Of a DNA stretch of 64,000 nt, positions 39,886-53,329 are shown piece after piece. The notes below the pieces were generated by a model. The model saw only the letters and a program-made list of their open reading frames with translations. It had not been told where the DNA came from and made no database searches. The translations under genes and the position numbers were made by a program. This DNA comes from Octopus sinensis (taxonomy: Eukaryota), in NCBI RefSeq assembly GCF_006345805.1, contig NC_043020.1, positions 20,646,001 to 20,710,000 on the forward strand, in the 5' to 3' direction. Each line of letters begins with the position of its first letter. Positions within the stretch are counted from its first letter, which is position 1.

Positions 39886-42374
39886 TTCAGGGATATTTTG
39901 AGCAGGATAGGTTACTCAACCTAACTAGGCCCCATGCGCAGTTTATCTTCAAATGAGATCACCATGTCACGTACATATTGTTGTGATACATGTGCCTGGT
40001 GTGCCCTTATCAGATGGAGAGTCATGATGGGTATATCAGGCTTTATATATTTGTACCTCAGGGTCACTTAGATGGCATGTGCTGCTCTCTCACTCAATAA
40101 TAGTAATAATAATCCTTTCTACTATAGGCACAAGGTCTGAAATTTGGGGGAGGGGACTAGTTGATTATATCGACCCCAGTGTTTCACTGGTACTTAATTC
40201 ATTAACCCCGAAAGGATGAAAGGCAAAGTTGATCTCAGCAGAATTTGAACTCACAACGCAGCAACAGGTGAAATACCTCTAAGCATTTCATCTAGCATGC
40301 TAATGATTCTACCTTAATAATAATAATAATCCTTTCTACTAAAGGCACAAGGCCTGAAATTTGGGGGAGGGGGGCTAGTCAATTACACCAACCCCAGTAC
40401 TCCACTGGTACTTATTTTATCAACCCTGTCAACCTTGGCAGAATTTGAACTTAGAACATAAAGACAGATGAAATATTGCTAAGCATTTGACTTGGCATGC
40501 TAACGATTCTGACAGCTGGCCACCTTAATAATAACAATAACAATAACAATAATAATGATGATTTCAAACTTTTGCCACAAGGGCAACTTGGGGGAAGGGA
40601 TTAAGTTGATTACAATGACCCCAGTGTTTCAATGGTCCTTAATTTATCAACCCTGGAAGGATGAAAGGCAAAGTCGACCACAGCAAAAGTTGAACTTAGA
40701 ACATGAAGACAGATGAAATACTGCTAAGCATTTCACCCAGCATGCTAACGATTCTGCCAGTTAGTCACCTTAATCATCATCATCATCAGCAGCATTTAGT
40801 GTCCGCTTTCCATGCTAGCATGGGTTGGACGGTTCAACTGGGGTCTGGGAAGCCAGAAGGCTGCATCAGGCCCAGTCTGATCTGGCAGTGTTTCTACGGC
40901 TGGATGCCCTTCCTAACGCCAACCACTCCGTGAGTGTAGTGGGTGCTTTTTACGTGCCACCAGCACGGGGGCCAGGCTAAGTTGGCAACGGCCATGATCG
41001 GATGGTGCTTTTTACGTGCCACCGGCACAGGGGCCAGGCGAGGCTGGCAACGGCCACGAACAGATGGTGCTGTTTACGTGCCACCGGCAAGGAGGCCAGT
41101 CGGGGCGGGGCTGGCAACGGCCACGATCGGATGGTTCGCTTACTTGTCACAGGCACTGGTATCACAGCTGCAATTTCCATTGATGTTGACCGACTTCAAT
41201 TTTGGTTCTGCTTTCTGATATCCGATTTGATTTGGTTTGATTTTGATTTTCACTTGCCTCAACAGGTCTTCACAAGCAGAGTTTTGTGTCCCAAGAAGGA
41301 AAGGTATGTATAAGTCGACTGGCTACATACCAGGTAGAGGCCACGGGTTATGGTCTCACTAGTCTTGCCGGGTCTTCTCACGCACAGCATAATTCCATAG
41401 GTCTCGGTCTCTAGTCATTTCCTCAGTGAGACCTAAAGTTCGAAGGTCATGCTTCGCCACCTCGTCCCAGGTTTTCCTGGGTCTACCTCTTCCACAGGTT
41501 CCCTCAACTGCTAGGGTGTGGCACTTTCGCACACAACTATCTTCAGCCATTCTCGTCACATGACCATACCAGTGCAAACGTCTCTCTTGCACACCACAAC
41601 TGATGCTTCTTAGGTCCAACTTTTCTCTCAAGGTACTTACACTCTGTCGATTATGAACACTGACATTACACATCCATCGGAGCATACTGGCTTCATTTCT
41701 TGCGAGCTTACGCATATCCTCAGCAGTCACAGCCCATGTTTCACTACCATGTAGCATGGCTGTACGTACACATGCATCATACAGTCTGTCTTTTACTCTG
41801 AGCGAGAGGCCTTTTGTCACCATCAGGGGTAAGAGCTCTCTAAACTTTGCCCAGGCTATTCTTACTCTAGCAGTTACACTTTCAGCACACCCACCCCCGC
41901 AACTGACTTGGTCACCTAGGTAGCGGAAGCTATCAACTACTTCTAGTTTTTCTCCCTGGAATGTGGTAATAATAATAATAATAATAATAATCTTTACTAC
42001 TAAAGGAGCAAGGCTTGAAATTTGTGGGGATAGGTCTAGTCAATCACATCAACCCCGCTGGTAACTTAATTTATCAACCATGAAAGGATGAAAGGCAAAG
42101 TTGACCTCAGCAGAATTTGAAACTTGAATGTAGCAGCAGAGGAAATATCATTAAGCATTTTGCCCAGCATACTAATGATTCTTCCAGCTCACCTCCTTAA
42201 TAATAGTAATAAGATTACATTGACCCTAGTGCATAACTGATACTTATTTAACTGATCCCGAAGGGATGAAAGGCAAAGTCGACCTTGGCAGAATTTGAAC
42301 TCAGAACACAGCAACAGGCGAAATACCACTAAGCATTTTGTCCAGCATGCTAATGAGTCTTCCAGCTCACCACC

Positions 42375-42412
<38 letters not shown>

Positions 42413-42520
42413 CACAACAACAATAATAATAATCCTTTCTATGAAAGGCACAAGGTCTAAAATTTTGGGGGAAGTGACTAGTCTATTATGAGAAATGAAA
42501 GGCAAAGTCAACACTGGCAA
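38500..42520 (-). repeat. Head-to-tail array of ~210-bp tRNA-derived SINEs separated by (AAT)n; continues at 35390-35960
   Basis: Roughly a dozen same-orientation copies containing GAAAGGATGAAAGGCAAAGT..GAATTTGAACTC; B-box-like GAGTTCAAATTC on the minus strand. Confidence 0.9.
40773..41968 (-). mobile_element. 5'-truncated RTE LINE inserted into the SINE array
   Basis: ORF 41359-41823 (RLYDACVRTAMLHGSETW...); 3' UTR repeats; (CAT)n tail on plus strand. Confidence 0.93.
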
Positions 42521-42522
42521 AA

Positions 42523-42568
<46 letters not shown>

Positions 42569-43259
42569 TTAACAACAACAACCTGTTGTATGTGAGGTGT
42601 ATTTCCTGAAATAATACATGGTATTGTATCAGATTATTGTTATAAAGGTGGCAAACTGGTTGAACTGTTAGGTAAGTGTATGACAACACTTAGTTCCTAT
42701 AAAATATATTTGGAGGCACAGTAATGTAGTAAGGCTGTTCTTTTTATTTATTTATACCCACTCACCAAGTTCAACTTTTTAGGGAAAAAAAACACTACAA
42801 GATACTCCTAGGAACCTTCGCCTGTCTTAAAAAACATGACACAAAGAAAATACTTCAGAACCTTAGCATCAGATAATATTAAGCAAAGCAAAAAGTAATG
42901 TCACATTTCACATAAGTTCAAATCAGCACAAAACATATTGTAAATAGATTTACTCATTCAAAATATATTCGCCATCATTAGCAACAACATTTTCCCACCT
43001 CAAAACTAGTTTTGACAGTCCCAGCTTCTAAATGTATTTCCATGGTAAAGTATTCAAGTGACCTGAATAAGTGAAAATCTGATTGTGCTAGGTCTGGTGA
43101 GCAGGGAGGGTGAGGCAGGGCTTCCTAGTCCAATGAATTTATCATGTTGAATGCACTGCTTTATTGTTGGAGAGAAGCAAACAAAGCACCCACTTCCCTT
43201 CTCTATACACTTCTCCAATCTGCTGGAGATGATCTTGTACAGTGGATCAAGGTTTATGA

Positions 43260-43700
43260 AACCTCCAAGATGAGTCCCCAATGCTTTGATGAGGATCCAT
43301 TTCAACTGCTGTTTTCAATGCATCATTATTGAGAACAGATGGTTTTCCTGACTGATATCCATCAATAGATCGAAATCACAGTTTCCAAATTTGTTAAACC
43401 ACCTTTGGTATTGCCAAACATTCACATCATCAGAATATACAGTATGTATGTTTCTTGTTGCATATGTTGCATTGTTGCTCTTATGAAAATCATAAAGCAT
43501 GCAATGCTGACTATGTTTACCATGGGCTATCAGATAGAGCATACACACACACAGCATATATCCACATTAATATTTAATCGTTAACTCTATGCTGATTAGT
43601 TGATCGCATGGATATCTATTTATTGGTCTCTGAACTATCTGTGGTATGATGTCAGGCAATTTACTTGAAAATACATTACTTTTCGGTATCCCTTGATATA
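43260..43700 (-). mobile_element. Mariner 5' fragment (HTH domain)
   Basis: QHCMLYDFHKSNNATYATRNIHTVY...QRWFNKF..DFDL matches the mariner N-terminal HTH. Confidence 0.75.
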
Positions 43701-44708
43701 TATAATAGGCCTGAAATGATTTACTCTGACAAAAATATCAATGATGCACAACTGCAATACCATACAACAATAATGTTATATAGAATTACACAGACTGACG
43801 TACCTGCTAAATTAAAAAAAAAAAAACACAAAAAAACAAAGCAATGAAGGAATGTAGCCAACATCCCTTTTGTAATTAGTGCAACTGTAAAGTGGTTGAC
43901 AGATTATCTATAAGAATAGTAAGTACACGTTTCAGAAAATTAGAATTCAAGGATCTGTAAATATTGCCAGAGAGCATTTAAAAAAAATTTGAATACTTTT
44001 TTTTGCATGTTTTCCAATATTTACGTAATTTGTGTTTATGTAATAAAATAATTGCTTTCCAACCACATATAAGCTCTTTTAAATTAGCAAACTGAAACTT
44101 ATCTTTGCTGTGTCCCAGTCTCTAAAGCTTTGTTTAAACCTTCTCTTTAAGAACTGCCCATGATTCTCTACAGATATCAAAATTGAACATCAACAACATC
44201 AACTTCAACCACATGAAACTGGAAAAACACAAAGATTAAAGGCATGGAACCCCATATTTCAACTGGAATTTTTTTTTTAAATCCCAGTTATAGCCATTGG
44301 TTCAGCCCCACTGTGCAGCACCTTAGGCAAATGTCATCTACTGTTTAACTTTGGATAGACCAATGTCTAGTGAATAGAACTTATAGACATAAACTGTGTG
44401 AAAGCTGACTAAGTATACATACATATGTCTGTCCATCCGTACATATGTTGGTATATAGACAGACAGTTTTGATTACAAGGGATCCATAAAAGATCAAAGC
44501 ATATCAAAGTGAAACATGTCAGTAATTGGCTAGACAAAGTCATGCAAAGCAGACAGATAAGTAATCTGTTACCATAGCATGGAAGGCACAGATGAAGGAA
44601 GATCATTGTTGTTTGGTAATCTGCAATTCCAATAGTATCCGAAAGTATCCAACAATGAATGGAGCTTTAAGCATGGCGTAAAAGCATAGATGAATGGGTC
44701 ATCTAGTA

Positions 44709-45077
44709 TTGCTATAATTGTTTCATTAGGAGTTTTTATTTTGACACAAGCAGAATACAATTGGTTAGATTGTCAAACAGGTTACATAACCCCCAAATCA
44801 TCAGGCAATCAGGTAAAACAGGTGGGTAACAACTTCTTGATTAATCAACAGATTATCAACAAGTGGAATTTCTAATCAGAATACTAACATTTAAGAAATT
44901 TAAGGTAGGCGTGTGTTCTTACACACCCACATTAAATTTGATTAATCAACAAGTCATTGTTCACCTGTTTTACCTGATAGCTTGATGAGCTGGAAGTTAT
45001 GTAATATATTACACAATCTAACCAATTGTATTATGCTTACATCAAAATAAAAACTTCTAATGAAACAATAATAGCAA
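44709..45077. mobile_element. Foldback MITE with long imperfect TIRs
   Basis: GCTATAATTGTTTCATTAGGAG...TTGGTTAGATTGT is inverted relative to ACAATCTAACCAATT...CTAATGAAACAATAATAGC; inner arms also pair (CAGGTAAAACAGGTG / CACCTGTTTTACCTG). Confidence 0.8.
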
Positions 45078-45116
45078 AATCAAATAACCTATTTATCTGT
45101 TCTTATTTTGAGTGTA

Positions 45117-45154
<38 letters not shown>

Positions 45155-45519
45155 CACATACTAATGTAACTATGCTACATCAAGATGCATTCCTTTACAT
45201 CAAAATGAAACTCTGATAAATAGAAACTAATAAGCACCAGTCAAATAAGTATGGAGGCCTTGAGAGCATCCTCCAGTGGGGCCATAACAACTTTGTCACT
45301 TTTAATAGCAAAAAAAAAAAAATCAAGCATAACTCGTGTTGAGAAAACACCCCTATCAAAACGTGTGGTACTCGGAGCTTTCATGGTCATTTCATACGCT
45401 TGAGCTAGTACCACAAATCACTCCTGGTAAGAGCACTTTTTAGCATGGCTGTGACTTCATCCCAAAAACAAACATTTCTTTTCAGGGTTAGAAGATATTT
45501 CAGGTCCCAATAAGTGCCA

Positions 45520-45930
45520 ACATTCTACAAAGTCAAGTAAGGCCCACAATGGAGTACATCTGGGACAATGCTGCTGCCACACACACTAACATCCTGAACA
45601 GTATCCAAAGAAGGGCCACTCAGCTGATTGGCATTCCATCACTAAAATACACACTAGCCCACAGACAAACTGTTTCTTTTCTCTGTCTTTTCTGTTATTA
45701 CTATAATGGCCTCTATTATTTGGAACTGTCTGGTTTTATACCTCCATCATTCAGGCACCACTGACCCACACTCCTCTCCACCTCTGATCACCTTTGTTGT
45801 GTACAAACCCTCTTTTCCCCCACATTAACCACCATGCCCAATCCTTCTTCTTCAGATCATCAGCCCTCCCAAATCTCTTCCCTGCTCAAGTCTTTTATGC
45901 ATGTATTAACTTTCAACACTTGAAGGTAGT
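45520..45930 (+). mobile_element. Old non-LTR (Jockey/CR1 group) 3' fragment
   Basis: RPTMEYIWD...LNSIQRRATQLIG...LAHRQTVSFLCLFCYYYNG resembles the post-RT region of this group. Confidence 0.6.
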
Positions 45931-47299
45931 GTCCCAGAATGGTTGCATTCCAATGACTGAAACCAGTAAAAGAATTATAGAGTTTAAAAAATAAGTATTA
46001 AAAACCATTCTTGAAATTATAGAGAAAATGTAATAATGTTAAAAAATGTTAAAATAACTAATCATATAATTTCAACTGATATTTTAATTAATTTCTGTAA
46101 ATTAATTAAAACTTTATTCTAAAGTCTTTCTTTTTTCATAATAATTTTCAACCAATTATCCTCACATCTGTGAAGAATGGTGGAAGGGTGAGGATGTCCC
46201 AGTGAACCAAAGTCTGCAATTCCCAGATGAACTATTTCATGTTACATACTCCATATAGCAAAAACAAACACACACACATACTTTATATGCTGTTTGGTAA
46301 TGTTAAATTGGGACAAATACATACTGGTAACAAACCCTCAAAACATGTTCACAAAGGTTATTCACATTTTCCATTTCTATGAGAAAAAACAGCTTGTTTT
46401 TTTTTTGTCATATACTACATTAGAGTAGTATATTATGCAGTATCTTCTCCAAATTTGATTTGTTGTCGATTGCATTGAGCTCAGTCATCAACTAATACTT
46501 ATTCAAGCCCCAAAAAATTCCTCTCAACATATGGCTGTGACACTCCCCCACTACTCCTGCTCATGATCAGAGATGTGCAATATCATCATCCACTAAGGAA
46601 CATGCTCAACTGGTTATGGTCAAACAACTGACAAGCAAATTATTATTATTATTATTATTAACTTCTCACCCTAAATTTATGAACTCTGTAAGAAATCTTC
46701 ATTCATTATTATGTTTTTTATTGTACATATGATCAGGTGTTTAGACATTTGAATCCTGATGACCATACAGATCACATTACTATCCTAAAGTTGTACACTC
46801 AAGGGAGGACAGAAGAGGTCAGTTTGGTGGTACATGCCTTGTTGCTACAGAAGAAGAAAACAAACGGAAAAAGAAGGCAGCAAGTTTTTGAGATGAAGTC
46901 CACAGCTGCTGCTACTGCTGTTTTCACATAATCGCTGATCGCAGCTTTAAGAATATCCAGAGAGAAACCAAAGATAAGTGGGATCCTCCTATCTTAAGTA
47001 CTACCAACACCTGGGCTGAGAACTAGGGCATCAAAAAGCTGTGTCTCATCCTCTATCACTGAAGTAGCTTGGAGCTTCAAGCAACACTTCTAGTTCATCA
47101 TTTCGAGATGGAGCAGGAGAAAGATGAGAAATAGTTAGGGACAGAAAAAAAAATGGGTGAGATTAAGAATGGGCCAGGTTAACAGCTATATAGGAGATCA
47201 AGTCCCTCATGTAGAGATGCCTACCTTTCTGGAGTGCCTGAACTTTACAGTAATCCAAAAGGACGACCTTAGTCTATATCAGGTTGGCAAACTGGGGTA

Positions 47300-48140
47300 A
47301 AAATGAAATTCATGGGAATAATGAGGACTCATTTGACATAATTAAGATTACATAAAAAACATGTTCCTTGTTATAAAAATTTCCTTAAACAACTCTTATT
47401 CAGGGACCTTTTGAATGGGATAGGCTAATCGACCTGGAGAAGATTCTAACTTGGCCCCCATCTGCAAGGTCGTGTGCTGTTTATCTTGATAAGAGGTCAC
47501 TATGTTGCACACATATGGTTATGATGCATGTGCCTGGTGTACCCTTATCAGATGCGTAGTCATGATGAGTATATATTTCTACCCTGGGGTCACTTTGATG
47601 GAATGCACAGCTCTGATCTTAACTGATTGGAAGTTGTCTTGGTGTAAAACATGGGCTACAGCAAATATTCTGCTCAATATCACAGATTTGCTCGTGAGTT
47701 GTTTGACCATAAACAGTTGAACATGTTCCTTAGTGGCTGATAATATGTGCATCCCTGATCACGAGCAGAAGTGGTGGGGGAGCATCACAGCCATGCACTG
47801 AGAGGAATTCTTTGGGGTTTGGAGTTAGGGTTGGGATTTGGATAATTCACCAATAGAAACATGGGTGTTTTGTTCATCATCCTTAAACAACCCTTATTCA
47901 GGGACCTTTTGGGCAGGATGGGCTACTTGACCTAAAGAAAATTCTAATTGGGTCCCACCCGCAAGGTCATGTGCTGTTTATCTTGACACAAGATCACCAT
48001 GTTGCACACATAGGTTGTGATGCATGTGCCTAGTGTACCCTTATCAGACGGGTAGTCATGATGGGTATATTGGGCTTCATATATTTGTAGCCCAGTGTCA
48101 CTTTGATGGCATGCGCTGTTCTCTCACTCAATAACAATAA
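47300..48140 (+). repeat. Two tandem copies of an interspersed SINE-like repeat with (AAT)-type tail; related pieces at 39885-40105 (+) and 46500-46640 (-)
   Basis: Shared CTTATTCAGGGACCTTTT...TGCAAGGTC.TG.GCTGTTTATCTTGA...CCCTTATCAGA...GTCACTTTGATGG. Confidence 0.75.
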
Positions 48141-48221
48141 TATTTTCTTTATGAACCACTTAAGGTTCACAAAAACATTGGGGGATGATACAGGACAATA
48201 AAAGTTGATGAGGATGCAAGT

Positions 48222-48570
48222 ATGGCTGTGTGGTAAGAAATTTACTTCCATACCACTGTATGGTACCTTTGACAAGTGTCTTCTACTGTAGCCTTGGGTT
48301 GACCAAAGCTTGGTGAGTGGATTAGGTAGGCAGAAACTTAAGAAAGCCAGTCATATGTGTGTCTACATGTGTGTTTGTCCCAACCATTGCTTGACAGTTG
48401 GTGTTGATTTGTTTATATCCTTGTAACTTAGTGATTCAGCTGGGAGGCTAATAGAATAAGTACAAAGCTTAAAAAATAACCACTGAGGTTGATTTGTTTG
48501 ACTAAACCTTTCAAGGTGGTACTCCAGCATGGCTGCAGTCTAATGACTAAAACAAGTAAAAAGTAAAAGG
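48222..48570 (+). mobile_element. SINE (~400-bp family)
   Basis: GTATGGCTGTGTGGTAAGAA head; CAAGTGTCTTCTACTGTAGCC; GACTAAAACAAGTAAAAG tail. Confidence 0.8.
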
Positions 48571-49035
48571 AGGGCAAGGCCAAAGAGAAAGGTGTCTTCA
48601 GCCTTTTCAATCTGGTCCATGATTAATTGCTTCTAATATAAGCACAAAGCCAGAATGGGATAGTTGATTAAACCAATACTTTACTGACATATTATTTAAC
48701 AGGCTTTGGAGCTCACCTTGGTGGGATTTCATAATATAAAGAACTAGAACAAATACATCAAGGCATTTTATCTAATACTGTAACAATTCTGCTAACATTT
48801 TCAAAAATAATAATAATCTTTACAAATTTATTGGCATAGACCAGCAATTCTGAAGATAGTGGGAAGTTGATTATATCAACCCTAGTGTTCAACTGGTACT
48901 ATTTTTATCAACCCCAAAAGGATATAAGGCAAAGTTGGTCTCACCAGGATTTGAATTCAAATGATAATTGTTTCTTTCCATCATAAAAAATTTCAGGATC
49001 CTATGTATACACACACACACACGCACGCACGCATG

Positions 49036-49099
<64 letters not shown>

Positions 49100-49111
49100 T
49101 ATATACATACA

Positions 49112-49151
<40 letters not shown>

Positions 49152-50287
49152 GGAAAAAAACTTGCAATAACACAAGTCATAGCTTAATAAATAGGTGAGT
49201 AACCCTTAAGGTTTAAGAGATAAAATCGAAAAACAACCAGCTTGCATTTAACGTGAAGAATGTTCTATAAAAATAATATCTGCATTAGCTTATTCACTCT
49301 TGTTTTTCCTCCTCCTATAATTGTTAATTTAATTAAAGAAGAAAAAAATAACATATTTTCAATCGTTTGAATGTACAACGATAACTTTCTGCCTTCAGGT
49401 TTTATACAGAAAACTTACTAGCTGATGACACATAATGCATATTTTTCAAATGTTAGGACATGATCTGTTTTGTTTTCTAATCATTTGGATACATAAAGAG
49501 AACTAAAAAAAAATTCATTGTGCCTCTAGGTTTTGCAGGCAAAACTTAAGATCTATAGGAGAGGGAAGGACAGAGAGGGAGGGAGAGAGAGAGAGAAGAT
49601 GAGAGGAAGCCTGTCAGTATGATGCTAATGTATATCTATGAGAGACAAATGACAAGGCAACACACAGCATTGTGTGATTGCTTTGGTGAATAATTATTTC
49701 ACAAATCTCGACAACCCATTACAAAATGCTTGCCCGCTGCTGATAACCATACTGATGGATGGTTTATGGAAAGTAAGTGGCGTGTGGATTTCTCTTTCCA
49801 ATTCACTCCACTACACCAACAGACATAGTTATAGAGCTTGAAATTTAAATTATGTCCGGATACTTTCTCACACATGCCGGTTTCTGGCATACCTATCTAT
49901 GAAACCATCCATAACTATCACCACCACCACCACATCCACCTCCTTCCAAATCACCATGTGTGTGTGAGTGTGTGTGTTGTTAAATGCATTGTATTATTTT
50001 ATTACAGCTGTTGGTTATACCAACATCAACAAACACACACACACACACATATCCACACAGACTAGTGCTTCTCTCTCTCTCTCTCCTATCAATCATCTGA
50101 CATCAAATGTATCAAAGTTAGTTGATTCTCTGTTATCATCTCTGCTGATTCCTGTGTTCTCTTTTGTCAATTTCCTTATGACAATATTGCCAGCATGACA
50201 ACTGGACATGAATGACTGCTGAGTAAAGCAAGAGTAAAATGGAAGAAGGAGATGGCCCCCGCATAAGAATACATACAACATATATAC

Positions 50288-50322
<35 letters not shown>

Positions 50323-50414
50323 TATATTATACATACATATGTATATATATGTCGCCATGATAAATGGTTAGCCACTACACACATTTTTTTCTCTCCTTGT
50401 TTTTTCTGTGTCGC

Positions 50415-50448
50415 TTTCTGTAGAAGAGCATAGGCTCGAAACGTAAAA
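50415..50448 (+). ncRNA. Hammerhead-like motif with variant core, in a ~175-bp repeat (50365-50540)
   Basis: UUU-CUGUAGAA-GAGC-AUAG-GCUC-GAAA-CGUA^AAA: perfect 4-bp stem II, palindromic ACGU stem III; core deviates from CUGANGA. Confidence 0.4.
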
Positions 50449-51059
50449 TAATTTTTCTATTCCTGAGCGTTATACTAATACATTTGTTTGTTTTGTACAC
50501 CACCTGTCTTCGTCTTTTGTTTTTTTCATAAACTCTCCCTATATGTATATGTACACATACATTATACATATATCATCATCATCATCATTTAGCGTCCGCT
50601 TTCCATGCTAGCATGGGTTGGACAGTTCAACTGGGGTCTGTGAAGCCAGACGGCTGCATCAGGCCCAGTCTGATCTGGCAGTGTTTCTACGGCTGGATGC
50701 CCTTCTTAACGCCAACCACTCTGTGAGTGTAGTGGGTGCTTTTTACGTGCCACCCGCACAGGTGCCAGACGGAGCTGGCAAATGGCCACGGACGGATGGT
50801 GCTTTTTATATATATACACACACACATATAAATTATACATACATATATATACACACATACGTTATACATATATATACACATACATTATACATACATATAT
50901 ATATATACACACATACATTATACATATATATACACATACATTATACATACATATATATATATACACACATACATTATACATCATCATCGTCGTTTAGCGT
51001 CCGTTTTCCATGCTAGCATGGGTTGGACATATATATATATATACACACATACATTATAC

Positions 51060-51124
<65 letters not shown>

Positions 51125-51169
51125 AACATTATACATATAAACACACAAACATTATACATATATATATAT

Positions 51170-53146
51170 AGCCAGGAAAAGCCCCTAGCCCATCAGGAAT
51201 CACTGCTGAGATGCTTAAAACATCTGGTGGTGTGGGCTATGGCTTAGTCACCCACATCGTAAACTAGGTAGTTCATGATGGAGTCATACCCAATGACTGG
51301 TGTTGCAGCACCATAGTCAACTGCTACGAGGGTAAAGGTGATGCTCTACACAGAAATAACTACAGGGGTATCAAACTGCTGGATCAGGTGATGAAGGTCA
51401 CGGAGAGGGTCATAGTCCATCTCATTAGGAAGAGAGTCTGCTTAGATGGGATGCAGTTTGGTTTTGTTCCGGGTAGAAGCACCACTGATGCCATATTCCT
51501 GGTTCAACAACTGCAGGTGAAATACCTAGCTAAAGATAAACCCCTATACTGAGCTTTTGTGGACTTGGAGAAAGCCTTTGACAGGGTCCCCCGATCCCTT
51601 ATCTGATGGGCAATGCGGAAACTGGAGATTGACGAATGGTTGATAAGGGCTGCACAGGCCCTTTACAGAGAGGCTGTTAGTAAGGTTAGGATTGGCAACG
51701 AATATAGTGAAGAATTCCGGGTAGAAGTAGGGGTTCACAAAAGGTTCGGCCCTTGGTCCCCTTTAATTCATCATAGTCCTCCAGGCAATTACAGAGGAAT
51801 TCAAGACGGGTTGCCCCTGGGAGCTCCTCTATACTGATGACCTGGCCCTCATAGCAGAATCTCTACCAGAACTAGAAAAGAAATTTCAGGTGTGGAAGCT
51901 AGGTTTAGAATCAAAGGACCTTAGAGTAAATGTAGTAAAGACCAAAGTTATAGTAAGCAGAAAGGCGAACTTATCACACACCCCCTTGGGCAGGTGGCCC
52001 TGCTCGATCTGTAGAAAAGGTGTAGGTAGAAACTCCATAAGGTGTATCCAGTGTAAGCTATGGACACATAAGAGGTGCAGCAACATCAACATCAAAGGAA
52101 AATTAACCGAGATGATAGCTTTCATGTGCGGCAGATGCACAGGGGCAATAGACACCACAGATACTCAGAAAACAGATTCCATCACACTCCAGGGGAAGAA
52201 ACTAGAAGTAGTCGATAGTTTCCACTACCTAGGTGACCAAGTTAGTAGTGGAGGTGGATGCTCAGAGAGTGTCACCACTAGAATACGAATAGCCTGGGCA
52301 AAGTTTAGAAAGCTCCTACTCCTACTGGTAACAAAGGGTCAGAGTGAAAGGTAGATTTTATGATGCACCTGTGCGAATTGCCATGCTTCACGGTAGTGAA
52401 ACATGGGCTGTGACTGCAGAGGACATGCGTAGACTTGGAAGAAATTAAGCTACTATGATCCACTGGATGTGTAATGTCAGTGTGCAGACACGACAGAGTG
52501 TAAACGCTCTGAGAGAAATGCTAGACAAAAGAAGCATCAGATGTAGTGTGCAACAGAGACGTTTGCGCTGGTATGGTCATGTACTGCGGATGGATGAGGA
52601 GAGATGTGTGAAGAAGTGCCACTCCCAAACAGTTGAAGGTATCCGGGGGAGAAGTAGACCCAGGAAGACATGGGATGAGGTAGTCAAGCATGACCTTCAA
52701 ACGATCGGCCTCACAGAGGCAATGACGAAAACCTAAGATCTCTGGAGATATGCTGCGATTACAAAGACCCGACAAATAGTGCTTCCTGCACTAGTTTCAC
52801 ATAGCCCCAGTCCATCCAACGTACTTTGGATTACAAAACAACCTGCTATGCTTACCTTGGATCATAGGGTGACCTGCTGCCCTTGAGGAGACCTATTGAG
52901 ACAAGTACATCAACATCAAAATAAATATCAAATGGAAATCGCAGTTGCGATACCTGTGCCGGTGGCACGTAAGAAGCACCCACTACACAGACGGAGTGGT
53001 TGGCGTTAGGAAGGGCATCCAGCAGTAGAAACACTGCCAGATCAGACTGGAGCCTGGTGCAGCCTCCTGGCTTCCCAGACACCAGTCGAACCGTCCAACC
53101 CGTGCTAGCATGGAAAACGGACATTAAACAATTATGATGATGATAA
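51170..53146 (+). mobile_element. 5'-truncated RTE LINE (RT region), several stops
   Basis: QFGFVPG, FVDLEKAFDRVP, LYTDDL, YLG, RWYGHV; UTR and GAT tail. Confidence 0.92.
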
Positions 53147-53166
53147 TGCATGTGTATATATATATG

Positions 53167-53202
<36 letters not shown>

Positions 53203-53221
53203 CATACATTATACATATATA

Positions 53222-53265
<44 letters not shown>

Positions 53266-53280
53266 CATTATACATATATA

Positions 53281-53329
<49 letters not shown>

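Noticed and set aside
44569-44760. ORF ILDDPFIYAF...SML as an exon
   Set aside because: Its acceptor falls within the foldback MITE arm; no recognisable family.
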